The notes beneath the pieces were generated by a model. It was not told the origin of the DNA and searched no databases. It saw nothing but the letters and a program-made list of their open reading frames with translations. A stretch of 64,000 bases of DNA from Octopus vulgaris (taxonomy: Eukaryota). How positions within the stretch are numbered: the first letter of the stretch is position 1; every line of letters begins with the position of its first letter. The DNA lies in the NCBI GenBank assembly GCA_951406725.2, contig OX597817.1, positions 92,256,001 to 92,320,000 on the forward strand, read 5' to 3'. Shown one piece after another: positions 26,576 through 40,174 of this stretch. The translations under genes and the position numbers were made by a program.

Positions 26576-28079
26576 CTATTACTCCTCTATGAGAAATCTC
26601 TTTTTTTATTACCCCTTGCCCTAATGTTGTGAATCTGCTATGGTTTTTATTATGGATTTTTAAATGCTAAGTTGAAATCCCACCCTGGTTGCTGTCTAAA
26701 GGCAGTAACTAGGCAAAGAAGATTATTGTTCAGCTCAATTCTTGTAAGTAAATTTTACCTTAGAATAAATGAAGCTATTATATAATAAATTTATTTTTTT
26801 CATTTTATACTTGACCTTTAAAATCATTATTTTATTTGATCTTTGATCATTAACATCTTATTTTGATATTCAATATAGAGTGTTGTTTTGCAATGTAACT
26901 TAATTAAATATACACTTTAATTACTAGCGATTTTTTAAACCCTACAGCTTTTTCTCTTTTTTTTTCCTGCTTCTTCAGTAAAGCAGGAAGTTCCAATAGT
27001 TGATTATCAGTACATTGGTAATGGTAATCTGACTAATATAGTTTCATCATTATAATGTTCCTAAATACCATACATGTAAAACAGTTAATGACAATTCTAT
27101 AAATGATACTATGATTCCAATTAAATTTCATTATGCTTTTCTCATTTTTCCTTCCCTCTTTTTATCTTTGAGTTATTTTTGTAATAGATGCATGAATATG
27201 ACAGCTTCACACACACATACACTTCTATCCATAGCTATATCCATCTTTCTCTCAGAGGTCAGCATCAGCTACTTATTTTTTATCCTTGTTTCTTCCACCC
27301 ACTGCTAACACCTTACAACAACAATCTTCCATCCAGATTAATCATCCAGCAGATGCTACTCTTCTGATTTCTATCCAGAAGATTCTGATGTTCTATTTCC
27401 ATATGTTCACAGCCAGACAGTATCAGACTCCCTACTGTTCTGCTGATCATCTCTTACATATAGCAGGAAATTACTCTTGCCACTGTTTTATAGCCAGCCA
27501 GGAGTATGCATACAATTCTTTAGTCACATTTGCATACTGCACACCATAGTCAATTACCACAGGTTCACAACACACTACACTAGACCACACACTATAGTCT
27601 ATGATCACAGATGTACAATGTACTGCATGGCATACTAATCTCCATCACATTTCACCACTTAGTGGAATCAGTTGTTGAGGGCACCAATTGTAGTCAGCCA
27701 CAGGTGTGCATTACTTATGTTCAATCTCTACAATTTTACTGTACAGTACAAATTGTAATCTACTACAGATATTTAGTAATTCTTGTGTTTACAGTACACA
27801 TGTAGTTAATGTATGCTACCTTCTTAACTAAGGCATAATCATAAGGTCAATGTGTCTTGTTTACCTCTACAGCCATTCACAATTTAAATAGTTATATTAT
27901 TCATTTTAAATGAATTAAGACTTAAGTGGTCTCCATTTGAAAGAGTTGTTCATTACAGGAGATTTTGGTTGTTATATTGAGCAAACTGTGTAATACAGAA
28001 GCTTACTTGTTGAGCCATCTAGTTTATATACAACTATCAGGTGGCTGCTTTGGAGAGAATCTTCTTGTATGTTTTTTTA

Positions 28080-28115
<36 letters not shown>

Positions 28116-28139
28116 GGCTGCCATACTGTGAAGTATGGT

Positions 28140-30395
28140 GCTCTGTACGTTGAAAAAGTGTTTGTAATATTTTCGGCTTTCTAAGGCTACGTCTTTTCAT
28201 TTCTATTGTTATCATTACATTTCTGAGATTTTTTGGACTGCGCAGATAGTACTTTTGTGTAGAAGCACCCCCTGTCTTGCAGGGAGTGCACATGAATAAT
28301 TTTTGAATTTTAACTCCTATTGGCAAAAAAAAAATATTTTGTAATTTTCTGTAATTATTTAAAGATCGTTGATAAAGAAGCCGTCATAATGTTCAACAAA
28401 GGAACGTGCTCCTTGATGGATAAAATTGAGAACAGGAAAAAAAACCAGAAAATATTAATATCGAGCGGCCTAAACTTAATGATCTCACCAAGGCAGAAAA
28501 TGTTTCATCTCAATGCAACATCAAAACTTTCAGTGTCAACAGCGAGAACAACAACCTCGACAGCAGCAACAACAGCAATAATAACAACAATAACAATACA
28601 AAAGAAATGAAACATAAAAACACAAATATTGCCTCTGTGTCTTTTGCGTCTGCAGCAGGAAATATGGAAAGTTTCTGCATAGATGAAGGAGAATTCAAAT
28701 TGGCTAGAAAAATTGAAAAAAGAGATAGGAGAAGGGTAGTTCTAAACCCACCATCCAACGTGATAGAAAATATCGCAAGAAGCACAGTCACATACTGTTG
28801 CATCAGAGTCAAGTCACAGCGAAGGAAAATGCTCCTGAGAGCAAAGTACAAAAATGCCTTGAGCATGTGTGGGAACAAAGGACCCACGTCACCTGAAGAA
28901 AGAAGTTTGGAACCATTGAGGTGAGATTTGGGATGGAAGAAGCTAGATGTAATTCTACAACCACTTTGAAGAATTACGACTTTTGCTATTGTGGCCTATG
29001 CCTTGCCAAGATTAGGGTGTTGAATGTGCCGCCAGAAATATCCACCCCTGGCTAGTGGTAGCTGTCTTGGCGGGTTTAGAAGAAGCTGAAGTCAAAATAT
29101 TAGAGGTCAAGAAACTACCTAAGCAAAATTGGTTAGGTGTAGATATGGAACTGACCTTGCAATGCGAGCAGGACCATATTGACCAGCTGTCCAATCAAAT
29201 CGATCTCTCGGATGATACTCACCTGTCAGTGTTTGCGGAGGGTAGAAAGCCAAGATGCCACACATGTGGATCTGTAAATCATTTCAAGGCTTCCTGCCCT
29301 GAAACAAGGGAAAATAAAGTCCCTCTGCTGCCAGCATTACAAACACCACAAATGCAAAATCATAAACAAGTGCTCAAGACTCTTACACCTACCCCTACAC
29401 CCACTGCCAGACCAAGACAAAGAAGGAGGCTATCCCAAGTTGCCACAGAAAAGCAAGTTTCTCCTGAATACTCATCCTCCCAAATCAACATCAACTGCAG
29501 TGACATGGAGAAAGAAGAGCTGAATAATCAATGGATCACAGTGACAAAACAGGTGTAGGCAAAAGAGGAGGATAGTACATAGCCCTACTCCAAGAAATCA
29601 ACAAAAATTCTGAAATCACAACTGCAACACAATTCATAACCACTCCAACAAAGACATCAAGAACAAGATCAATAGCATGGTTTCAGCACTTGTTTCAGAG
29701 CTTGTCCGAGCTGCTCACAGAGTGCTGAAACCATTCTGCATGCACTCGTTCAGTGTCTGGGCATTGCTGACTTGTGGAGTTATATCAAACAGCTGCAGAT
29801 GCGTGTAGGACAGATCTGTTGGTCAGCCAAGTCCATAATGATTATTGCCCCACCACCCTCCTTTAATCAGGCTGGCAGGGAGTTTTCCTTTGTCTGGTGG
29901 CTGTGGTAAATGAGACTGAAAGGAATGAGGACAGACACACCCCTCTTTGGTAAAGCCCTAATCGACTTTTTCAAGTTTCACTTGAAAAGGAAAGTGAGAG
30001 TGGAGAGGGAGGTGAATTTATGGAGAAATAGGCAAAAGTCGGGAAAATGGCAAGAGTGGATGCTGCCACTCTCAGTGTAAACTTGTGAGTCAAAAGTAAG
30101 AAGTTGGAGAGGGCTCTTGTCTTTGGTACTCAGGGTGATCTTGGACGGTGGGGTTCCTTGATTATCCCTAGAGGTCCGCCTGTATCAGGGGGATCCCATC
30201 ACAATCACTTTTTTTTTTCCATCTTTTTCTACTGGTATATATTATGTATACTTTCTTTTAGTGTATACCATATATACTTTTCATTTTATCATTCCATTAT
30301 ATGTAAACCCCAACACTTTATGTCTGTCTTTGTATCGTCCCGCTCATCTTTCACCCTGGTGACAAATAAAAGGAGTCATTATTATTATTATTATT
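28140..30395 (+). mobile_element. L1/Tx1-like LINE, internally deleted: ORF1 zinc knuckle joined to the ORF2 C-terminus and 3' UTR
   Basis: EGRKPRCHTCGSVNHFKASCP (CCHC); CPSCSQSAETILHALVQC near 29700; AATAAA then (TTA)n tail; (TTA)n also upstream. Confidence 0.75.
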
Positions 30396-30473
30396 GATCT
30401 GATAAGGACAGGCACAATTTAGAAAACATTTATAATAGTTTGTTTGGAAAGTCTTATTTTCATAGTTTCCAAT

Positions 30474-30531
<58 letters not shown>

Positions 30532-30799
30532 TATATAGAGAGACACACAAACACAACAGAGCTCCTAATTTGAATGTACGCTATGTTCAAGTTAGAGGAT
30601 GTTGTTCAAATTGCAGGAAGAAAATGCATACTGGTGTTAAAATATTTCCTCTTAGATTTCCAGGCTCCCCCACTAGTATTTAATGTATATATTAAGGTGA
30701 ATACATTGTATATTTTAATAAATCATTACATTGCTAGTAAAAAAATTTTTTTAAATAAATTAAATAATGTTAGTTGTTAGGTATTTATTACATAAATTA

Positions 30800-32366
30800 T
30801 CTGCATTTAACAACCAATCACCTATGTAGAATACTTTTATTCATTCATTGAATGAGCTTTTTCACTTTCATTTCTATCTTCATTTGTTGAATGGTGGCTA
30901 CCATTGCATTCCTCAAGCAATCACGAAACTCCACTATTTCCTGGTGCTGTCGTCTCTCTATGATCATATCCTTTCAAAGTGACATGGCTTGCAAAACATA
31001 GTTGTCACTAAAGTAAGGATTTCTTTCTAGAAATTTTATCACTATCTCCATAGAATTTTTTGCATTATTCCACAATATTTCCTCATTAGAGTATTCTTGG
31101 CCATTTACGCTAGATTCACTTGAATGGGAGCTGTCGCTAATTTTATGACCATTATTTTCTTCAGGACATTGTTCAGTGGTTTCTTCATCTTGTCACACCC
31201 ACATTTCAATTTCATTTGCATCAAGTGGTTGATGAACAGTGTGTTTGGTTGGAAATCATGTAGTTTCAAGAATATTATGTACTCCAGATTCATTCTCTGC
31301 TTCTTTCACTTCAGGAATACTAGATGCGGGTATAATTTTCCCCATGCTTTTGTTAATGTGCCTGCTTGAACCTGATTCCATGCACTTGCAAGGGAAAAAT
31401 GGTATCTTTGATGGTAAAATTGCACTGGAAATCACCTATACTAACATTGCTATTTATCATATTCATCATGAAATCATTTCTGTAGAAACATTTTAAGTTC
31501 CCTTGGTCCATAAGTTGTATGAGAGATCTCACATTTGGTGGTAAGTAGCACGCAAAAACATTCCCGCATAGTGACACCTAATTTTGTCTCATGAGGATGT
31601 GCTCTAAAATTGTCTAATAACAGCAGGCACTTTGAATCAGATTTACCTAATTCGTGAGAGCACTTTTGTACAGCTGACACAAATTCTTGTAGGAACCATT
31701 CTGTGAACAAGTGTTATTCATCCATCCGTTTTTTGAAGAATAATATGATACAGGTAAAGGTGAAACTTTTATCAATGTTCGGGGACATTTAGATTTACCA
31801 ATGACAAGAAGCTTAAGTTTATAAGTTCCAGAAGCATTAGCACATACCATCACTAAGTCTCTCTTTATTTAATTTGAATCCTTTTATTTTCTGTTCCTCT
31901 GATCCAGCTAAAGTTTTTGTGAGTAAGCACTTCCAATTTATACCAGTTTCACCAGCATTGTTAGTGGCTGTGTGGTAAGTAGCTTGCTTACCAACCACAT
32001 GGTTCCAGGGATAAGTACCTTTGGCAAATGTCTTCTACTATAGCTTTGGGTTGACCAATGCCTTGTGAGTGGATTTGGTAGATGGAAACTGAAAAAAGCC
32101 CGTCATATATATATATACATGTGTGTGTGCGTGTTTTTCCCCCCCACCATTGCTTGACAACCGATGTTGGTGTTTACACCCCATAACTTAGTGGGTTAGC
32201 AAAAGAGACCGTTAGAATAAATACTAGGCTTACTAAGAATAAGTTCTGGGGTTGATTTGTTTGACTAAAGGCGGTGCTCCAGCATGACTGAAACAAGTAA
32301 AAGAATTATCTGGTGTTAAAGCATAATCTTCAATTATTTTTTTGAATTTTTCACTATAAGTTGATG
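30800..32366 (-). mobile_element. Tigger/pogo (Jerky-like DDE_1) transposase pseudogene interrupted by a SINE
   Basis: NAGETGINWK, MVCANASGTYKLKLLVIGKSKCPR, LLLLDNFRAH, YLPPNVRSLIQLMDQG. Confidence 0.85.
31963..32305 (+). mobile_element. tRNA-derived SINE inside Tigger
   Basis: same family as 47038-47442. Confidence 0.9.
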
Positions 32367-32545
32367 CTAAGAGCATAACATCTGAACATTGTTTACCCAG
32401 AATTGGACAACATACACCCGGCAAGAATGCCGCCTCAGCGGCTTCCACATGCGGTGTCTTCGACGGATCCTTGGCATCTCTTGGAAGGACCGAGTACCAA
32501 ACGGAGTCATCCTAGAACAGACTAATATGCCAAGCATGCATGCCC
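32367..32545 (+). pseudogene. RTE (BovB-like) thumb-region fragment
   Basis: WTTYTRQECRLSGFHMRCLRRILGISWKDRVPN. Confidence 0.8.
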
Positions 32546-32576
<31 letters not shown>

Positions 32577-33142
32577 AATATATTTTTTCCCCACCCCTCC
32601 TTTTTCTTTTTTCCTTCCCCCTTCTTCGTTCCTTTTTCTCTCTCTTCCTTTCTTTAGTTTTTTTCTCCAACTGATACTGATGCAACTTTACGTCCCCTTA
32701 CTCAGTATATGAGAATCGCTACATAGATGATTTTTAACTTGCGTGCGAGATGGATTGCGTGCATATATGTACGCATGCATTTATGTGTATATTTTATATT
32801 TATATTTATACGTCTGTATATGTATGCCGTTTGCACGCATCCTTCTGTGTATGTTGATATATATATGTACACTTTAATATAAATATGTATTGCAGTGTAA
32901 TATTTATAACATGATAAACAAAACCCAACACAAAAAAAAAATCTAATGATGAAAAACCACCCATTACCAGATACACAAAAACAAGCCTATATAGCAATCC
33001 CCCCCATACATTCACACACATATACACACACATATGTACACACACCCACACTCATACATACATATACATACCTACAATACTCGATATATACATATACATA
33101 TATATAAATATATATATATATATATATTTATTATATAGAAGG

Positions 33143-33193
33143 AGCTTCTACAGGACTAGAACTGTTTCATTCAAGAGAAATCTTCAGGAAGCT
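33143..33193 (-). ncRNA. type I hammerhead ribozyme in an insertion of about 260 bp (33130-33393) within (TA)n
   Basis: AGCTTC-CTGAAGA-tttctcttgaat-GAAAC-ag-ttctagtc-ct-GTA-GAAGCT: 6-bp stem I, full core, 4-bp stem III. Confidence 0.8.
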
Positions 33194-33899
33194 AGTTAAC
33201 AAGAATTGTATTGGCATTTATACATTTAGGCAGGTTTAAAGGGGTGGTGGTGGGGGACTTTTTTGGGGGTAGGCATAGCGCAAAAAAATCATACTTGGGG
33301 GAGTGGTCAAGGAGTCAGTGGTAAATTAGATAGAAGAATAAATAAAAGAATAAAAAAAGGGGAATAAAAAAATATATAGAAGAATAGTTTTAGGTATATA
33401 TATATACACACACATCATCAAATACACATATATAAACACACACATTCACAAAATTATAAATAAATATTATATGTATGTATGAGTGTGTACATGCATACGG
33501 GTGCAAGCGTGCGTGCATGCAAGCATGCATGTGTACATGTGCATGCACATGCATGTACATCTGCACGCATGCACACACGCATTTACAATGCACATGTACA
33601 TGCGTACACGTGCACACACGCATATATACATACATATGCACGGACACCCTCCCACACATCTATATATACGTATGTATGGCTACACCACAATCACCAACTA
33701 GCATAGATAGATCTGCCATGAGCACCAATCCCAAACTATGATACAAGGGGATTGGAAACATTCACAATAGGTAGGGGACAACCACACAAATCCACCCCTA
33801 TGCATTCAACAACAAGTGGCTCCCATTCATCCAATTCATCCCGTATCAAGTTACACCCATAATAGCCATTAATAAATATTATAGTATAACATACATGAA

Positions 33900-34462
33900 T
33901 GTATATAAACATATCTAAATACGTACACAAATCCACACACACATATATATATCTATACATACACATACATATAGACACAGATATATTTATAATGCATCCT
34001 ATACTACACATTACTTATGCATACTCACACACACACACATACAATCACTCATTCATAAACATATACTCTCAACAAGACACTAACACAGAGGAGAAATAAC
34101 ATCCTGTAGCCACAGATACTCAACCACATACTTATAGAAATATTTCAATCTTAGTAAAATAGTATTAAATACTATATACTATATGTATGTAATAAACATA
34201 TATAAATACGAAAACAAACACACACACACATATATATCTATACATACATAAATACATATAGACACGGATATAATTTAAATGCAGCCCTATAATACATTAT
34301 TATGAATACTCGCACACACACACATACAATCACTCATTCATTAACGTATGCACACTGCATACACTAACACAGAGGATAAACAACATCCAGTAGCCACAGA
34401 TTCTTAGCCACATACTTATAGGAATATTCCTTACTTATTAATATAGTATTAAAAAATACTAT
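33900..34462. repeat. diverged tandem duplication, unit about 287 bp
   Basis: CATACAATCACTCATTCA...CACTAACACAGAGGA...TAGCCACAGA...CCACATACTTATAG occurs twice. Confidence 0.8.
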
Positions 34463-35435
34463 AAGTACTATAAACAAATTATGAATGGGAATATTATCTA
34501 ATATAAATTATGCTATTAAATAGGACATGGCCTAAACCATCTTAAGTCTAAACCTATCTATATATCAAAGTATATCTAAATTATTTGATAACTAATAACA
34601 AAGAAAATTACGATAAATAGATCATTACATAAACAGCAAGATTAACATAAGGAGAATATTATTACTCCTAAGGCTTATACAATATTAAAATTAACAATTT
34701 GGAGATCTTAAAGATACGTACCTTCGTGGCGAGTTTTAAACTATGAACTTAATTTGAATCACAAACATCTTAAACAGCATTTAAGAAATTACGTTATAAG
34801 CATAAAATAGAATAAATTTTTGATAAATTCTTTGCTTGTTAGGAATCAACGTTATTTAAAGATTATGAATGGAAAATTATATGTTTATCAATGTAAATAA
34901 AATTAATTCACAAAAGAATAAAATCTCTCTATACTATAATATTCATTAATAAAATAGCCATGATAAATGAAACCCAACAAAAAAAGTTAAATGACTAAAA
35001 ACCACCTATTATTAAATACACAAAACAAATCTATATAGCAATACCCCCACACATTATAAACTATTTCCTACACCCCCACATAACATTCTAAGACTAGTAT
35101 TCATAAGAAATCCATCTATACTACACAAAAATTTATAGGACAACCACACACATGCATACACAAATATATAAGAAAATATCCAAACACACACATGCACATA
35201 TACATATATACACATATACACATACACATGCACAAATACGTATATACACACACACACATATACATACATATACATACACATATACACATACATACTCACA
35301 TACTTTCATATACATATATACACACACATGTACACACACCTACACCCACACATATACACACTCATACATACATATACATACATACAATACTCGATATATA
35401 CCCCAATATATACACACCCACACCCATACAAATAA

Positions 35436-35484
<49 letters not shown>

Positions 35485-35823
35485 TCATCAAATACTCATA
35501 TATACAAACACACATATTCACATAAATTATAAATAAATATATATATAAATGTCTATAATCATACTACAATACATAATAGAGGTAAATAATAAATAAAATT
35601 GTAACTTACCAGACTCAATATTCAATAAACCGTTAAATATTTAATATTCATTAATAAGAAATTTATTAATACAATGAAAAACCATCTATAATCTAACTAT
35701 AATTAAAACCTAATCTAAATAACTAAAATAAATTATTATAAAAGTACTCTAAAACACTTAGTATATTTATAATACTAGAACAAAGCCCATAATAGGGAGC
35801 TATTTAATGTTAATAATTAATTA

Positions 35824-36982
35824 TTATTTATCATGAAACTTATTATATAAGTAAAGTAACTTGTGTCTGCATTTTATTTTGCGCTCTTCACCTGTATTCA
35901 GTAAATTATCATACTTATAAAATAAAATTTCCTTAAACTCATTAGAGCACAAATAACAAAAATTCGCTCCTATAGTATATGATTTAGTTTTACAAATTAT
36001 TTCCCAAGATAAATTATAATTAATATTTTGGGATTTAAGTCTCCAAATGTACTTGCTAAGTCCAGTGGAGTTGATTAAGTTTTTATTTTTAAAAGAATTC
36101 AGATGTTGTGCGATTCTTAATTTTATTTTAGAGGAGGTAGACCCTATATATATCGCTTTTGGGTTATTATTATTCTTAAAATTCTTATCATGTAATGTAA
36201 CTATACATTTATACACTACATCATTAATATCACATTTATTATTTAATTTACATTTAGATTTATCTCTACATGTACAATTAATAAGTGTCTTATCTTTATT
36301 ATTGGTATTATTAAATAATTTATTTTTATAAAAATTATTCAGTTTAAATTTGTTAAATGAAGAAATAATGTTACCTACATTATTAGTGGTGGAATAACCT
36401 ACTCCAAAATTATTACTAGAGAAAATGTTTTTATATTTACGATTATCTCAAATAAAAAGTTCGATAATATCTAAAATCTCTTTAATAATGTTCGTTTTAA
36501 CTAGAGCACCATAAGGAACTATTAACCAAATTTTATTCTTATTTACCTTTTTATTATAACTGTCATTATTATTGTTGTAATTATATTTCTTTATCATATT
36601 AAAATTATTACTATTATCAGATTTATATCTATGTACAACATTTAAAGAATTATTAATGTTATTAATTTTATTTTTATTATTATTATTTTTATTTTTATTC
36701 TTATTTTTATTTTTATTTTTATTATTTTTATTTTTATAATTTCTAATATTTTTACCACTAATACTAACAAAATTATAATTATTATTAATATAATTATCTC
36801 TAAAATTATTAGTTATATCTTTATCATTAATTTTATTATAAAATTTTAATATTACTATTATAACCTGCCTCTCTAAGGGCCTCATTATAATAAGGAGCAT
36901 TTATATAAATTATTTTATGTATTGGCTTAAGTCTTTCTTTGTTTGATTTGCATAATAGTGGTTTTGTCTCTAATTTAATATA

Positions 36983-36990
<8 letters not shown>
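35824..36990 (-). mobile_element. Penelope-like element: RT thumb/linker remnant plus GIY-YIG endonuclease
   Basis: APYYNEALREAGYN; CNLNNKCDINDVVYKCIV...IYIGST..KIKLRIAQH..SF....STGLSKYIW....CYLCSNE...LLN...KCRH. Confidence 0.85.
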
Positions 36991-37033
<43 letters not shown>

Positions 37034-37145
37034 TATACATATACGTATATATATATATATATACGTATATATATATATGTTGATTCGTTAGTTACTGCAC
37101 GCATTTTTTTCTCTCCTTCTTTCTGTGTTTTTTTCTCTCTGTGTA

Positions 37146-37183
37146 TCTTTCTGTTGAAGAGCGTAGGCTCGAAACGTTAAAGA
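37146..37183 (+). ncRNA. minimal type I hammerhead variant in a pLTR-like fragment (37079-37281)
   Basis: TCTTT-CTGTTGA-A-GAGC gtag GCTC-GAAAC-GTT-AAAGA; one core change (A6U). Confidence 0.6.
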
Positions 37184-37919
37184 CTTGTTTTATTTATATT
37201 TCCTGAGCGCCATACTAATACAATTGTTTGTTTGTCTCCCACCTGCCTTCGTCTTTGTCTATTTTCATAAAGCTTCCCGTTATATACATATATATATATA
37301 CATATATATACATATACATATATATATATATATACATATATATACATATATATATACATATATATACAAATTAATTGTTATCGCCATATTAATATGGCAT
37401 TCTTATAGATATAAGAATAATCGCTGCCGCTGGTCAGCTCCATGAGGCCACCGCCTTAAGATAGCTATTGATACACGATCTCTATCCATTATAACCTTCG
37501 AACAAGTGATATTAATGATGTAGTGTATAAATGTATAGTTACATTACTTGATAAGAATTTTAAGAATAATAATAGCCCAAAAGCGATATATATAGGGTCT
37601 ACCTCCTCTAAAATAAAATTAAGAATCGCACAACATCTAAATTCTTTTAAAAATAAAGACTAAATCAACTCCGCTGGACTTAGCAAGTACATTTAGGGAC
37701 TTAAATCCCAAAATATTAATTATAATTTATCTTGTTCGAAGGTTATAATGGATACAGATCGTGTATCAATAGCTATCTTAAGGCGGTGGCCTCATAGAGC
37801 TGACCGGCGGCAGCGATTATTCTTATATCTATAAGAATGCCATATTAATATGGCGATAACAATTAATTTCCAGTAAACGCTGCCGTAATCTCTTTTATAG
37901 AGGCTTAGTCATTTTAATA

Positions 37920-37973
37920 TTTCTATTATTGAAAACAAGTGGATGTATTCCACTGAAACTAGGTAAATAGAAA
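37920..37973 (+). ncRNA. degenerate type I hammerhead
   Basis: TTTCTATT-a-TTGAAAA-ca-AGTGGA tgtat TCCACT-GAAAC-tag-GTA-AATAGAAA. Confidence 0.5.
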
Positions 37974-38019
37974 CCTTCAAACAGAGACGTCAGTGGCGAC
38001 ACCTGCGGGGTCTGACTGC

Positions 38020-38061
38020 GCTACATTGACAAGGGGCAATACCCCGCAACGCGTCTGTAGC
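38020..38061 (+). ncRNA. degenerate type I hammerhead
   Basis: GCTACA-TTGACAA-GGGG caata CCCC-GCAAC-gc-GTC-TGTAGC; perfect stems, three core substitutions. Confidence 0.55.
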
Positions 38062-38355
38062 TGTCGGACTGGCAGTGTGAAGCGGCTGACCTCCCTTGTT
38101 CGAATGTTATAATGGATACAGATCGTGTATCAATAGCTATCTTAAGGCGGTGGTCTCATGGAGCTGACCAGCGGCAGCGATTATTCTTATATCTATAAGA
38201 ATGCCATATTAATATGGCGATAACAATTAATTTCCAGTAAACGCTACCGTAATCTCTTTTATAGAGACTTAGTAATTTTAATATTTGTATCATATATATA
38301 CATATACATATATATAAATATACATACATATACATATATATATACATATATATAC

Positions 38356-38389
<34 letters not shown>

Positions 38390-38473
38390 TTACATATATG
38401 TATATGTATATACATATATATATATACATATATATATATACATATATATATATATACATATACATATATATAC

Positions 38474-38523
<50 letters not shown>

Positions 38524-38584
38524 ACATATACATGTATATATATATATACATATATATACATATATATATATATACATATATATA

Positions 38585-39744
38585 TCATCATCATCATCAT
38601 CATTTAACATCCGCTTTCCATGCTAGCATGGGTTGGACGGTTCAACTGGGGTCTAGCAAGCCCGAAGGCTGCACCAGGCCAGTCAGATCTGGCAGTGTTT
38701 CTACAGCTGGATGCCCTTCCTAACGCCAACCACTCCGAGAGTGTAGTGGGTGATTTTATGTGCCACCAACACACGTGCCAGACGAGGCTGGCAGACGGCC
38801 ACGCTCGGATGGTGTTTTCTTATGTGTCACCGACACAGGTGCCAGACGAGGCTGGCGAACGGCCACGGTTTTCTTATGTGCCACCGGCACTGGTACCACA
38901 AGGATTCAAATTCCATTGATGTTCATCTATTTTGGTTTGATTTGATTTGATTTTCACTTGCCTCAACAGGTCTTCACGAGTGTCACAAGAAGGGAGGTAT
39001 GCACAGGTGGACTGACTACGTCCCAGGTAGGGGCCACGGGTTATGGCTTCACTAGTCTTGCCGGGTCTTCTCACGCACAGCATACTTCCATAGGTCTCGG
39101 TCTCTAGTCATTTCCATGGTGAGACCTAACGTCCGAAGGTCGTGCTTCACCACCTCGTCCCAGGTTTTCCTGGGTCTACCTCTTCCACGGGTTCCCTCAA
39201 CTGCTAGGGATTGGCACTTTCTCACACACCTATCTTCATCCATTCTCGCCACATGACCATACCAGCGCAATCGTCTCTCTTGCACACCACAACTGATGCT
39301 TCTTAGGTACAACATTTCTCTCAAGGTACTAACGCTCTGTCGAGTAAGTACACTGACATTACACATCCATCGGAGCATACTGGCTTCATTCCTCACGAGC
39401 TTACGCATGTCCTCAGCAGTCACGGCCCATGTTTCACTGCCATGTAGCATAGCTGTTCGTACACATGCATCATACAGTCTGCCTTTTACTCTGAGCGAGA
39501 GGCCTTTAGTCACCAGCAGAGGTAAGAGCTCCCTAAACTTTGCCCAGGCTATTCTTATTCTAGCAGTTACACTTTCAGCACACCCACCCCCACTACTGAC
39601 TTGGTCACCTAGATAGCGGAAGCTATCAACTACTTCTAGTTTTTCCCGCCGGAAAGTGACGGAAGTTGTTTTCTGCAGATTTTCGGAGGTCAATGCTCCC
39701 GAGCATCTGCCACATACAAAAACTATCTTCCCAGTTAGCCTACC
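38585..39744 (-). mobile_element. second RTE copy (3' part), cut by the assembly gap
   Basis: ORF 39052..39693 nearly identical to 18914-19551 and lacks both frameshifts; same 3' UTR and (GAT)n tail. Confidence 0.95.
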
Positions 39745-39843
39745 NNNNNNNNNNNNNNNNNNNNNNNNNNNNNNNNNNNNNNNNNNNNNNNNNNNNNNNN
39801 NNNNNNNNNNNNNNNNNNNNNNNNNNNNNNNNNNNNNNNNNNN
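39745..39843. other. assembly gap (about 100 N)
   Basis: N run. Confidence 0.99.
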
Positions 39844-40160
39844 NGTAAGCGTAAGGCAGTGTCAATGGTGGTTCCAGAAATTCCGAGCCATAAACTACAG
39901 CCTAGAAGACAAGCCTCATCCTGAAAGATCTGTAGAACTCGACAAGGACATCCTGAAAACCCTGGTGGAACAAAATCTCATCGTAACTGTTGAGGAACTA
40001 GCAGGGAAGCTTGGATTTGGTCATTCAACCATTCATTGAGACCTGTGTGCTATCGGAAAAGTCAACAAATTGGGTCAATGGGTTCCTCACGAACTTTCCG
40101 AGTCTAATTGCATGCAGAGAGTGAATGTATGCTTTTCTTTGCTGTCACATCTCACCACTA
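39844..40160 (+). pseudogene. mariner transposase N-terminal fragment (duplicate of 41303-41615)
   Basis: SVRQCQWWFQKF...TVEELA.KLG...LGQWVPHELSE. Confidence 0.85.
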
Positions 40161-40174
40161 CTGCGCTATGTATA

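Larger units (their letters stand above)
37368..38286 (+). mobile_element. Penelope-associated pLTR cluster: inverted copy (37368-37506), GIY-YIG fragment (37507-37730), 364-bp unit (37731-38094) and partial repeat (38095-38286)
   Basis: direct comparison of the repeats; 37507-37730 is the reverse complement of about 36010-36232. Confidence 0.85.

Noticed and set aside
34560-34900. Penelope N-terminal coding remnant on the + strand
   Set aside because: Only vague similarity with multiple stops; not supportable by eye.
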